From NCBI GenBank assembly GCA_951406725.2, contig OX597822.1, forward strand, positions 24,924,001-24,988,000: a DNA stretch of 64,000 nt, written 5' to 3'. Positions 26,575-41,106 of this stretch are shown one piece after another. Within the stretch, counting starts at the first letter, position 1; every line of letters begins with the position of its first letter. Made by a program: the position numbers and the translations under genes. Source of the stretch: Octopus vulgaris. Its lineage: Eukaryota. The notes beneath the pieces are model-generated. The model worked only from the letters and a program-made list of their open reading frames with translations, was not told where the DNA came from and did not search any database.

Positions 26575-27030
26575 TACGTTTCTGATAAGAACCCAATAAG
26601 GTTCGAAAATCGATTAAGGTTGCTCATTTTTTTCAGTCTGCGGAGAAATGGCTCGAGTTTGCCCTGTTTATAATTATACTAAATGTTACTTATATATACC
26701 TAATGTTACTTATATGTTACTTATATCATACCTTGATACTGTGTGGATTAAGATCCCCATTGACAGGCCACTGGTATTTATAGAGTGTTAAACACTTTCG
26801 GTATCCAAATTAGGCCCCTTCATAGAGTAACTGCTGCACTTATTGAGTATATAAACAGTTTGGCTCTTTGTTTCTCTGAAGACCGACCAAATGTTGTAGA
26901 TACCTCTGATGAGAACTCAATAAAGTTCGTAAATCGATTAAGGTTGTTCATCATTTTTTCTTTCAGTCTGCGGAGAAATGACTAAAATTTGCCCTGTTTA
27001 TAATTATACCATATGTTACATATATATTAT
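26575..27030 (+). ncRNA. Tandem HHR-containing repeat (retrozyme / Penelope pLTR-like), 324-nt period
   Basis: HHR motifs at 26582-26620 and 26902-26944, each followed by ~100 nt of shared sequence; predicted cut sites 26616 and 26940. Confidence 0.75.
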
Positions 27031-27391
27031 ATCTGTCGCTTCACCAATTCCATCAGTCCACTGCCAAGATCCGAGGAATATATTAGAAATATGTAGGCAT
27101 TATCTGTTGTAGTAGATGTGAGGCTGAATCAGTAAAGGGATGACGGCGTGTTAAAAGCATTATAGTAATTAATTAAGTCTTTTCGAAATGCAGAGTTCAA
27201 ATCCTGCTCCAAAGTCAGCATTTTTTCTGTTTTGTTTTCATCTTTCTGAGTGTCAAGTAATGCGAGCAATTTGGGTGATTGTGCTACTCCGTATTTCTGT
27301 CCCCTTGTACCTATGTTTATAAATCATCATCTATAACATTGCTCAGGCTGTCACGGTATGTGTTTGAATGTTATGCTTTCACGCGATCTTG

Positions 27392-27662
27392 ACTATGGAA
27401 CGAAATTGAGACCATAACGGAAATATCTAGCATAACTGAAACAAGATCCACTGTCGAGCATTCAATTAGCTTCACTGGGAAGGAAATCGAAGACACAATG
27501 GAAATATTTAACACAATTGAAACAAGATCCAGTGTCAGGCTTTCAGTAAGTTTGTCCATGGAAAGAAATCGAAGATATAGCGAAAATGTTTAACCTATTG
27601 AAGCAAGATTTAGTGTAAGGCTTCTTTAAATATATTTAACTACGGAACGAAATCGAAAACAT
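27392..27662. repeat. Degenerate 81-bp minisatellite, ~3.3 copies
   Basis: GAA(A/G)CAAGAT recurs at 27438, 27519 and 27600. Confidence 0.85.
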
Positions 27663-28014
27663 AATCCTAGTCTTTAAACTAATTGTAATCTTATGGAGTA
27701 CCTTAAATTTTATGTGTTAAAATTGAAACAGGAAATATAAGACTATGAATTGTGGAATTTACGCGGGGCCTGCTAGTTATAATCGTTAGGTTAGTAGAGA
27801 TACTAAATAACGATAGTATTTAAATTCTTGCAAAGATTATATTATTTGTTTCTTTTATTTTGTAATGTGGGGCGGCGGTGGCGGTGGTGGTAGTGGTGGT
27901 TGGCGGGGAAAGTATGGTATGTGCCAAACTTGTTGATTTAAGCGTAAACTTCCACCACAAATGTACACTTTGGTGTCAATGTAAGAATTTATTTTTACTG
28001 CTGTTATAGTTGTT

Positions 28015-28225
28015 GTTTAACCGCAGGTCGACCGTTATGGAAGAAACTTATAATCAAAGACATTCCAAGCTATGACCATTCCCCTCTTTAAGGATATCTA
28101 GGACTACATTAACTAATAATATGTCCTTCTAATGTTTTCTTTAAAGACGGTGGGCTCATCGTCCTTAAGAGAGATTTAGCAGTTATTTCTCGCAAGTCAT
28201 CTGACGGTGCAGAGATTCCTTCTTG
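28015..28225 (+). mobile_element. Old dispersed repeat family D (also ~3150-3320, 4325-4410, 5035-5110, 29500-29560, 47800-47980)
   Basis: Shared CAGGTC...ATCAAAG.CATTCCA...TGACCAT motif in several diverged copies on both strands. Confidence 0.6.
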
Positions 28226-29012
28226 ACTCTAAGATACCAATTTTATATGCCGAGCCTGGTGAATCATATATACCCCGGTTCTTTTCCCTCATCCACCATC
28301 TCAAAAAGTTAAAATAAAAGGGATTTTTGATGAGATCTTGTGGAAAACGAAATAATTTTTAGGTGTAACTATAATTGATGTAAATGATTTCAGAAGTCTG
28401 TTAAGCCGCCTAAAGCTATCAATTAGCTTTGATTTAATAGCGTGGGTGGATAAAAATAAAGTCTCCCTGAGGCTAATTGGGGGTAAGTACTTTTTAGATA
28501 GAATGGTAAATGATACTTGACAGGTTGTTGAACTGAGGAGCATTCAATTAAGTTACACTTCCCAAATATACAGAGAAACGGAAAACTTTGAGTTAATGAC
28601 AGGGCTTTTACATGCTCGATCACCACGTTAGAAATATAGAAATAGCAGCCAAGTTCCCTCAATTATAAGCACACCGTTTTAGGTAACCTGATATGTGTGT
28701 GTGTATTTATGTGTGTATGTATGTATGTATGTATGTAAGTATGTATGTATGTTTCTTGGTTTATAGTGGGTTTGCTGCATATATTTTAATATATATTGAT
28801 ATTGCGTGATTGTCTTTAGGATTTCCAATTCTAATATAACTGATGCTTGTTTAAGGCTTTCTAGTTTATGGAGATTGTGTTGCATATGAAAAAGACGAGA
28901 TGGTCGTGACTGGGACGCCTTTCAGCGAAGGTTTGTTCTAAGGCGTAGCTGGCGATAAATAATAAGTACAACGTCGGTGGGGAAACACCGTCAGCATGGA
29001 TTTTAGACTTTT

Positions 29013-29176
29013 TAGTCAAGTGCCGCCACATTGAAAGAATAAGCTAGTTGTAGTCAAGCACCGCCATACTGGAAAGTAAGAGACTCATAGTCAAATACCG
29101 CCACAATGGAGTCATAACGGACTTGTTATCAAATACCGCCATATTGGAAACATACGCGAGCTATAGTAGAGTGCTG
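29013..29176. repeat. 37-38 bp tandem array with a conserved half and a variable half
   Basis: TAGTCAA..CCGCCA.A.TG-like units start at 29013, 29051, 29088, 29126 and a degenerate one at 29164. Confidence 0.8.
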
Positions 29177-29706
29177 AATTTTGTTTAGAAAATTATGCTA
29201 TTAAAGTGTTTATACTTGGTTTAAAAGCATTAGAATACTGAGTTAAAATACCAAAGGTATTTTAAAATCCTAAATTGTAATACACTTTAGGATTTTAAAA
29301 TTTGTGTACTTCACATCAGCTGTCTCCCTTGCCTAGCTTGCAGATAAAGTTCCTATAATTTCTATCACAAGGAACATCTACGTGGACACAAGATCTGCTA
29401 GAAATAAAAGTCAGGTTCGTCCGAAATTAAAGGCCATACATAGCTTCGTCCGTAATTAAAGGCCAATGTTGCCTCTGGTAAAAAAAACAACAAAAAAACG
29501 TTTAGGTCACGGCTGGAACGTCTTTGATCATCAGTCGACTCAATGAGGTTTGGCCTGGGTGAAATAACCATTAGCAGGCTAATTTTGAAACTGGTAGTCG
29601 TCATTCGGCCCTTTAAGAAGATCAGTTAGGGACAGCTGTACTTGATACCCTAAACACACACAGAGCCATCCATACATTAAATGAATATATGAAGATACGT
29701 GTGTGA

Positions 29707-29783
<77 letters not shown>

Positions 29784-30356
29784 TACATATATATATACGT
29801 ATATATGTGTGTGTGTATGTGTGTATATACGTACACATTTACATATGCATACACACGCACGCACACGTACACGAACACATGTACAAACACTCACTTACAC
29901 GCCCAAAATTCCCTCCCCTCATCGCAGACATACAAAAGATCTTTGACATCTACGCTGCTAATAACAACAAACAAGACATTTGTGTGTACGGAAGTCTAAA
30001 CCGGTGCTTTCACTGTTGCGAATCGGTCAAGTTTGTTGAACTTGAAAGTGGTTCATTCCATTTTTTTTTATTTTTCCATTTTATTATTTCAGTGTGGAGC
30101 ATTCAGTTTATCTTTTGTGTGCGTGTGTGGTTTTTTTTTATCTTTTACTTGTTTCAGTCATTAGACTGCGACCATGCTCAGGCATTGCTTTAAAGTATTT
30201 TTAGTTGAACGAATCGACCTTTCTGGGTTTTTTTTTAAAGCTTGGTACTTATTCTATCGGTGCCTTTTGCTGAACCACTAACTTACAAAGAACTAAAGAA
30301 AACAATATCGGTTGTCAAACGGTGATGGAGTCAAAAACGGACACAAAGACACTCGC

Positions 30357-30407
<51 letters not shown>

Positions 30408-30675
30408 GTGTACTGTTCTGTGTTGGTAAGATCAAACTTCCACCTTTTATATCCACTTTTTTCTCGCTTTGTTTTTTCGCTTTTCCCCTGATCCTCTCGT
30501 CCCATTTTTAGTTTGTTATGCCATGTGGGCAGTGCCTGAAGATTGGGCCTAGACATCAAACGTGTGTTAAAAATACTGTCTGGCATGCTGTCATCACATG
30601 AAACTAATAGTAACCCATAAAAACATATACTGTGTCTGTTAAATAATGTATCTATCTATCTATCTATCTATCTAC

Positions 30676-30770
<95 letters not shown>

Positions 30771-30775
30771 TGCAC

Positions 30776-30810
<35 letters not shown>

Positions 30811-31179
30811 TGTATGTATGTATGTATGTATGTATGTATGTATGTATGCATGTATGTATGTGGTTACGCATATAATTGCATTCACCAGTCCTTCTTTGAC
30901 CTATTTTCTTCATATAATGTCTTTTGAATGTTTACGGAACTTCATACATTCGTTAGTGCGATGCGGTCTGTGCAATGTCGTGCACTCTCTGTTATATGAA
31001 TCTGATATGTGCATCACAAATATATTTTCATTTCCTCATGAAAATATGGTTTTCATCTATGTGTATCATCATCATCATCATCATCATTATTATTATTATT
31101 ATTATGATCATCATGATCATTATCACCATCATGATCATGATCATCATCATCACCATAATCATCATCATCGTCATCATCG

Positions 31180-31243
<64 letters not shown>

Positions 31244-31925
31244 GCATGAGTGGCCGACACCAGTACTAATGTTTCTAATCAGCTGATTCTCCTCAGAAAC
31301 ACACCAACTGAAAATGCCGATGGGGCTGTGTGTGTATGTGTATGTGTGTGTGTGTGTATGGATAAACACACTGTATGTATGTATATGAAACGAAATCCCC
31401 ATAATCATTGTTGTCGGTATAATTGCTACGTTTACAAAGAATTTGATTTATCCAAGTAGTTCCAAAAGACTTAACTTACAAGATAAAGCCAGTCGTCTAA
31501 ATAATCTTGGAAATATATGATTATTTATTATTTTATGATATTAGTTTATAAATACACCAGACATAATAAATGTGTGTGTGTGTGTACAAACACAAGATAT
31601 ATATTTATGTATATTTGCAGTTTTTTAACTTCTCTCCTAAGATATCTTTGAAAAGGCACGGTCATTATTCATATATATATATATAAGTAGATGTATAGAG
31701 AGATGACATTGATGAAGGAGTAAGGATTTGCTGAGGGAATTTTATCACCTTCCAGCATGACATGGATGTGTTCTGGTCCAGCGCTATGCTCTTATCTTCG
31801 TTCTAGGAATTTCCCTTTATACATACACACACACATACATACATACATACATACATACATACATACATACATACATACATACATACATACATACATACAT
31901 ACGTACATACGTACATATGTAGACT

Positions 31926-31974
<49 letters not shown>

Positions 31975-32027
31975 ATGTATATAAATATATCTATATATAT
32001 ATACCTATATATATACCTATATATGTG

Positions 32028-32069
<42 letters not shown>

Positions 32070-32488
32070 TACATACATATATATATATAATATTCATATA
32101 TGTATGTACATTTGGATTTGTACGTCCTGTGGTGTGGATTTGATGGGGCGTGTGTGTGTGCGTGTGTGTGTATGTGTGTGTGTGTGTGGGGGGTCTGTGA
32201 ACTTTGCGTGAGTGTGCGAATGTGACTGTGTGAGTGTGCCTGTGCGTGTACCTGTGTGCGTGTGTGCATGTGTGTATAGCTGTGTGCGTGTGTGACTGAC
32301 TGACATTCATACATGTGTGTGCTGGTGTGTGCCCACGAGTATAACTATTAACGTGTGCGTCTGTACGTCTTTGCATTGATTTAAGCGTAAGAATGTGCGT
32401 CTGTTTGTCTGTCCATCTGTCTCACTGTTAAAATCTCTCAATACAGCGAAACTCAGATGTAAATCTTCTAGCTTAAAACCTTATTATC

Positions 32489-32593
32489 CCACCTGATGAG
32501 CCTTCTATGCACTGTGCATTGCATCTGGTGTTATTACATCGCCTCACGCCCACAATGGAGCAGTGCATTTTGAAGTTGAAACAATTGTTGTGG
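32489..32593 (+). ncRNA. Type I minimal HHR with extended helix II
   Basis: CCAC/GTGG helix I; CTGATGA 32493-32499; CTTC/GAAG, ATGCACTG/CAGTGCAT and CATTG/CAATG in helix II; GAAA 32578-32581; C-AATT-G; GUU triplet; base of helix II imperfect. Confidence 0.7.
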
Positions 32594-32932
32594 TAACATA
32601 AATTTTTTTGTTGGTACATTCCGTCTTCTCTTTTGTTTTTATTTAACATATAGCCAACGTTCCTCCTAGAATTCCTGGAATTATTTCAACGTTGTCTGCT
32701 AATGATCGTTGATGATGCCTAGTAGCCATAAGTGATGAACGTGCTCCGCGGATGCACGACCTGGGACTTACCCTGATATAAGGTTTCGATACTGTGTATA
32801 ACACATATTTTCTTAACCTTAATTCTTTATATTTGATTTACATATATATACACCCACCCACACCCATATGTATTATATAGTCTATATATGCCTGTATATG
32901 TGTGTGTGTGTGCGTGCGTGTGTGTGTGTATG

Positions 32933-32973
<41 letters not shown>

Positions 32974-33216
32974 GCTTACATTCTTAAATACATACACACA
33001 CACACGTATTTGATCTGTGTTCGTATTTGACTTTGTATAATCTTGCTAGTCCTGATTTATCACTCACTGAATGTCAAAACTATTGTAGATACGAGGTAGC
33101 TGTGTGTGTGTGTGTGTGTGTGTCTTTGTATGTGTGTATGAGTGTGTTTATATATTCTATAGATGTATACACGCTTAATATATAAATGCATACTATATAT
33201 ATAAATACACACACAC

Positions 33217-33288
<72 letters not shown>

Positions 33289-35534
33289 TTATAAAATGCT
33301 ATATTTCTATATATACGCATATAAAATAAATATATGTATTTATTCATATGCATACATCACTATATCTACATTCGCACGCGTATACCCATACACACACTTA
33401 TAAATGCTCCCTTAGCAGAAGAAATCTAAGACTACTATATTTACTACTATATTAACTCACTAGAATTTCAAACATTATTGAAACCTAATTTATCAACCGT
33501 GTACGAAACACACAATCTATCTTGATTGAAGTAGATGCACTATATTTAGCTTGAGTACCCTGGCCTTCTAACGTCTTAACTATCCGCACTGCGTCTGATT
33601 CAAACATACATAAGGAACTTCTCTATACTTGGCATAAGACCAATATTAACCGGAGAATGAGGTTTGGGAACGGGTATGTTAAATTGAAGATGGAACGTCG
33701 AATGTAGTGTATTTGCCAGAAAATATTTTGCCGACTCCAAAGACGTGGAAAGCTGAGGACGAGATCATTTCATGTCGAATATGAAAGCAATGAAGCACTG
33801 ACCTAAACAATTATATAAATATAAAAGTAAATTGTAGCGTATTTGTAGGTTATCTGTGCAGTAAAATTCCAGTTGTACGGATACCCCAGCATGGTTACAG
33901 CCAATAAGCTTGATTCAGAGATATAATATTAGAATAAGAAATGTTTAATAGATTTTATCAAACTAAAGTAAAACGTTCCGAATCCCAAGGAAACAATGCT
34001 ATTAGTGATATAAAATTTAAAATAGGTTTTTATAGAGTTCAATAAATGCTTGTGTGCAGAGAATGTAGGTTTTGCTACGTAGGGAAAGTCCATCTCAGAA
34101 ACGTACGTGGACAAATCTTATAAATTCTACTGCATTGCAACTGCTGCTCTCAACTGGCACATTGGCTTTCTCTTTCTTTCTTTCTTTCTTTCTTTCTCTC
34201 TCTCTCTCTCACTCTCTGTCTCTCACACATACATACATGCAAATTATTCTTTTCCATGAACGTACTAGTTCTCGTATATGTTCGGTTGTTTATACCTGTT
34301 CGGAGGCGACAGGGACAAGGCTGTGCTTATGAGGCCAAATTATAAAACTGAAACGTGTTCATAGCTGTCTTTTACTCCCAGAACAATGATTAGTTTGTTA
34401 CTTTCTGCTAAGCATGTTAACTGGGCTGTGAATGCGAATTTTTCTCAGTTCCTTGAAATTATCTCCCTTTCCTATTCAGTGTTGTTGGTTACGTTTGCTG
34501 CTAAATTTCCTATACCTTTTCTCCTTGGGAAAGAAATTTTAATAAATAAGAATTTGCTATGTATAGGATTCAATACTTCTCTCCTATGAACTACACACGC
34601 ACACATAAGAGAAAGAGAGGTGGGGGCGGGGGGAAGAAACGCGTTCACTCAGATCAGTGGCTTCCCATGGCCACACATACTATTGTCGCCTGGATACGAA
34701 CACATAGCTGTTTGGTGGTTGTCGAATAACATCGACACCGCCATTTAAGACTCTACTAAATAAAACTAGAGCTTATTGCGTATTTGGGAAGGAAGAAGGT
34801 CGAATTGCTATAAGTCAACTCTAGCCCTTATTTGACATGAACATTATTTGACATGAATATTATTTGACATGAGCATTATCTTAAAGATCATGAGAGGATG
34901 ATAAATGCTAAATGGACATCGGTGCGATTTGAACTCACAAGATAAAAAGATCGTAACTAAACACTACAAGGCGTTTCATCTGTTGCTCTACTGAATCTGC
35001 CAATTCATCACCCTTCTATTTAGTTTAAAACAAATAAATACACTTCTATAAATGAAATTTATTAATTAAGATATGGTATTTTTATTATTTATACGTTTGA
35101 AGACTCATCAATCATTAAATTCCGTCATTTTATTTCTTTTATCGAAATTAGCTTTAAAATACACAAACATTATATAATCGTAGTAGACTATCACAGGAAA
35201 TTATAAACATTTAATTCTATAGGAATTTCATTTGATGGCGTGAACGTTCATTATTGCTGTGGATATAATGTAGGTCGAAGTTGCCCAACGTTCATTTATT
35301 AATGCACGGAAGAAGCCGATATTACAGATGAGAAGTTTACCATTGTTGGTTTAGATTTTTCTATAATTGTTTTGTTGTTTTATTTTGTTTTTGATATACG
35401 CTTGTCGTATGTCTTTATTTATTTATGTTTTTACACTAGTTTTTTGTGTGTGTGTTCAATGTTGCCGCGAAACTTCAATCTGAAAGACAATAAAACAAAA
35501 CAAAAAACATAATATAATTTGGAACAAAAAGAGA

Positions 35535-35576
<42 letters not shown>

Positions 35577-35637
35577 GGTATATATATGCATATATATGTA
35601 TATATATATACATACATATATATATATATATAAATAA

Positions 35638-35685
<48 letters not shown>

Positions 35686-36489
35686 CATATATATATATAT
35701 ATACGAGAAAGGGAGAGAAATCTTGATAAGATATTCAAAGCAATTTGAATATTAAAGTTTTATAAAGCACAAAAGAGAAACAAAAAAGAAAAAAAACCAA
35801 AAAAAACTATTAATATAAATTTACATAATTTTTTTATAGACAACGGACATATTGGAAATTTAACAAAATAACGAAATGGCATTGAAAATTGGACAACGGT
35901 GGAAACAAAATAATGAATGCAATTTTCTGGAAGATAGGTTGTTTTACGTAATTTATAGGTTATTATTAGCTCAGCTGAAATTGGGTTTAGTGATTTTTTA
36001 AAGAAATCTTTTTATCGTCCTTTTTCATTATTTAAAAAAAAAATAGAAACAATAACTTCAGTTTCACGACATTTAAACAAAGAAAACTAACAAATGAATC
36101 ACTACTGTTTTCTTTTCATTGTCCGCCATATTGGTATGTACTTATTGCCAATCATATTTACACTTTGTGAGGTTTCATACGATTTAAATCTCACTTAAAA
36201 ACAACGGAACTCAATCTTTTGTAAGGAAGTAATGATTGTTTTGTTTTTTTGAAAAAAAGAGAAAAAACCCAATTTTCTTCCGTTGATACTGCCTTTTCTA
36301 TTTCTGTTTAGATAGACAAATACAATACTTTATACTTCACAAGCCTGGACAAGTTTGTTACGGAGTAGTTATGGTGAAAGGAGGCGTTTTTCTCGTCCAT
36401 TTCCTTGTCATTTATGAGATAAACAAAGGGGAATAAGAACTGTACACTTTACAAAATTTCACTACAAATATTTAAATTTTCATAAGCAA

Positions 36490-36898
36490 AGGAGTGGTTA
36501 TGTGGTAAGTAGCTTGCTTACCAACCACATGGTTCCGGGTTCAGTCCCACTGCGTGGCACCTCGGGCAAGTGTCTTCTACTATAGCCTCGGGCCGACCAA
36601 AGCCTTGTGAGTGGATTTGGTAGACGGAAACTGAAAGAAGCCCGTCGTATATATGTATATATGTATGTGTGTGTATATGTTTGTGTGTCTGTATTTGTCC
36701 CCCCAACATCGCTTGACAACCGATGGCGGGGTGTTTACATCTCCATCACTTAGCGGTTCGGCAAAAGTGGCCGATAGAATAAGTACTAGGCTTACAAAGA
36801 ATAAGTCCTGGGGTCGATTTGCTCGATCGACTAAAAGCGGTGCTCCAGCATGGCCACAGTCAAATGACTGAAACAAGTAAAAGAGAGTAAAAGAGTAA
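36490..36898 (+). mobile_element. Full-length SINE A
   Basis: Colinear with 19697-20088. Confidence 0.92.
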
Positions 36899-36984
36899 AT
36901 GATCTGACTGTATTTTCAAGCGATTGTGTATCAATCTGTGCATCTATGCAAGTAGTATGTATATATATATATATATATATTCTT

Positions 36985-37293
36985 TTATTCTTTAATTCTT
37001 TCACTTACTTCTGTCATTTGACTGCGGCCATGCTGGGACACCGCCTTTAGTCGAGCGAATCGACCCCAGGACTTATTCTTTGTAGGCGTTGTATTCTATT
37101 CTATCGGTCTCTTTTGCCGAACCGCCATATTACGTGTACGTAAGCACACTAATATCCGTTGTGAAGCGATGGTGGGGAGACCAACACAGACACATAAATA
37201 CTCACATACATATACGACAGGCTTCTTTCAGTTTCCGCCAACCAAATCCACTTATAAGGTTTTGGTCAGCCCGAGGTTATAGTAGAAGACACT
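36985..37293 (-). mobile_element. SINE A lacking its tRNA head, inverted relative to 36490-36898
   Basis: Reverse-complement homology across tail and body. Confidence 0.88.
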
Positions 37294-37294
37294 C

Positions 37295-37773
<479 letters not shown>

Positions 37774-38299
37774 TGTGCGTGTGTGTGTATCTATCAGTAT
37801 ATGCTTTTATGTAATTAGGAACATAGATGGATTAAAGTTCACAACAAATGTTACAGACGTGTTTTTTTTTATTGATGAACAAATCAATTACAGTATGAAA
37901 AAAAAATACTATTTGTTCCGGTGAATAAAAATTTAAATCTAAAATTACGCATTTCAGATTAAGCCCATAAAGAATATATGTTGACTCCCTCCTCTCCATG
38001 AAGATCTAGAAAATATGCACGTATTCGAAACGTGGAGTAGATGAAATAGGGACAACTGAAGAAGGGGAATATTCTTTATGTTGTATGTCTCGTTTCTCTG
38101 TTTCTTTCGTTATTCGAAAAAAGTTCGTTTCTATGTTTTTGTTTTTATGTTTTCGTTTCTCTTTGTGTTCAACGTTTTTTTTTTATGTCCTGTACCCATA
38201 TATGCATGTATATATACATATATATATATAGGTATGTATATATATATATGTGTATGTATATATGCATATATTTATATATCATTTATATTATTATATATA

Positions 38300-38339
<40 letters not shown>

Positions 38340-38759
38340 ATGTGTGTGCGTGCACAGCCACACATATGCAGTGAATAAAGAAGATCCGGTATGATGCAAG
38401 TGCAATATATTATATATACATACATATATAAACATATAAACACACTCTCTCAAGCACACACATACACACACACACTCACACACGTACATGCACACACACA
38501 TGTACAAACACACACACACGTAAGCACACACATACACATTTCCGCTCATCTTCTTCACACCATTCCATCTAACATGAGATGAGCAACCTTACAACTTGCG
38601 GTTTTAGACTTGTTACCCCCAAAATACCAGACAATCGGAAACATGCAGTGAAATTAAATCGCGTTTTTTTTTTTTGCACGTGTGTTTTGTTTGTCCTTGA
38701 GATATGGATGAAGGAAGAAGAGCGCATTAGTTATTCAATGGTCTTTACAATTAGGTCAC

Positions 38760-38912
38760 TCAGAAATTGCGAGGATAATCTGGTGCTTGACTGAAGATAG
38801 AGGGCTTCGAATGCCCCTTCCTTGTTTTCATTGTATCGTCTATCTGGATGTTTTGTTGTCCCATTTGGTATCACTTAGCTGTCCGGATGTTTTGCATTCT
38901 TGTCCCATTTTG

Positions 38913-38913
<1 letters not shown>
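38760..38913 (+). repeat. Dispersed repeat ending at (TA)n, second copy at 41797-41955; Penelope-like tail suspected
   Basis: GAAATTGCGAGGATAATCTGG...CTTGTCCCATTTTGTA shared by both copies. Confidence 0.75.
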
Positions 38914-38947
<34 letters not shown>

Positions 38948-39946
38948 ATTTATATAGGAAGACAAAGATAGACAGTTATATGCGTACACACACACAAATA
39001 CACACATGCACACACACATAATTTATATATGCACTTGTGTGCGTATGTTTATGTGTATGTGAGTGTTTGTGTGTGGGTGTGTTGTGTACATTGAGATAAG
39101 TGTACGTGCAGTCACAATTTGCAGTTTAATAAATACTTTCAAAAATATATAATTTTTAGGCAGGGCTACATTTCTTTGGATATTCGCATCAGAACTTTTT
39201 GAATTAGTGAACTATTAGTTATCGAACCAGCGACTGTGCTCTTGTAAATGGTCCTATTATTCAAAGCAAGCGATGTCAAACAATAAATAAGTACAATCAA
39301 TTTTATCACCTTTGTGAATCTTAACTTATCTGCTCGGTTACAGTATTAAAGAAACTTATTGAGCGTATCTCTTAAAGCAAGCATGTCTCATTTTATATAT
39401 CTTTCAAAGGATATAGTTGTCACGGAAAGAAGCGGGGTTAATCTTCACCTTTGCTCGACAGTGACGAGAGGAATGCATGTCCATGAGCTTTGATTGTTGA
39501 GAAAGATGCAAGGAAATGCTTAGTTTGAATACCAGAAAGAAATGGTTGAGTTATGAAGGCAGATGGGAGAGAAACGTTACGAAGTAGGTAGAACAATGAA
39601 AGCATTTTAAAATGTTATTCCATTCGATAAAACGAATCGATTATCAGTATTGAAAATACATTCAATCGACTAAACCATACTACGCTATAACCAAATATTC
39701 ATATATATATAAAGAGAGATAGATAGATAGATAAACGTAAAAATGAATATATATATATATATATATCTCAGCGTCTGATGATATGGAAGGGTTCTGCGAA
39801 CATGAAAGTTTAAGTAATCTGAAGTATAAGCTCCACATGAATATTTAGCTATCTGGTGTTCTGTCTATCTGCCTGTTTCACACACACACAACCACCCCCA
39901 TATATATATAAAGCTAGATAAATAAATTGATAGACACACACATACA

Positions 39947-40014
<68 letters not shown>

Positions 40015-40042
40015 GATATATATGTATATGTATATATATATG

Positions 40043-40073
<31 letters not shown>

Positions 40074-40074
40074 G

Positions 40075-40166
<92 letters not shown>

Positions 40167-41028
40167 GGAAAACACACACACACATGCTCACGTAATAGGC
40201 CACTCCACGATTTCAACAAAAATTTCACTCCCAATGCATTGCTGAACACGTGTGACTACAGTAGATGACACTTTCCCAATGTGTCACACAGCAGAATCGA
40301 AACAAAATTCAACGTGGTTTCAAAGAGAACTTCGTAACCATGCAGCCATAGATATCTTAATATATGAGAGATGATCATTAATTCTTGAAGAATTTGAGAC
40401 AGAATTTTATCGATTGTCTTTCAAAGTCAGTGATATTATCGGAGGAATAGTTTGAGGTGTTTTATAATATTATATAATTTTTCGTTTCTATGGTAACAGG
40501 AAAATATAGCTATCTGGTATAGATCTTTCCATATTTCTCGAATTCCTGTGTTTATAGACGATTTTTCAGTAGTTTTTGCTTTTTCAATGATTATTGTTCT
40601 TTCCATTGGAAGCAGATAAGTTGTTTTCATAGATTCTTTGTGCGTGCGCATGCGCGAGTGCATATCAGTGTATGCGTGTGTGTATGTTTTTTTATGTGTG
40701 TGTATATGTGTGTGTATAAGTATGTGTGTGACTGTATAAGAGAGAGACTGAGTATGCGCACGCGTGTACGTGTGTGTATGTCACGTCTTACATTTTCTGT
40801 CTACTAATGTTAAATACCTTTTTCCTTCCAAGCAATCTGAAGATTACTAAAGAAAACAGAGCCATATTGCGTGCGCGTGCACACACACACACATAGACAC
40901 ACACATTGACACACACACACACACATGCACACATACATGAATGCATACATATATACATTCATAGTCGCACTAGCAGGAATACATGCAGGCGGTTCTGCAC
41001 AGTCACACAGTCACACACACATACACGG

Positions 41029-41106
<78 letters not shown>

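Noticed and set aside
29013-29176. CRISPR array
   Set aside because: Repeats degenerate, spacers too short, no cas genes, eukaryotic context; kept only as a minisatellite finding
29259-29301. 43-nt AT-rich palindrome as a pre-miRNA
   Set aside because: Too short and AT-rich, no recognisable mature miRNA; likely a local inverted duplication
29899-29954. Possible 56-nt minus-strand exon ([18 protein letters not shown])
   Set aside because: Modest acceptor, and the length breaks phase with the better-supported exon model
39772-39820. CTGATGA...GAAA as an HHR
   Set aside because: Helix III cannot form (G opposite G) and helix I is absent
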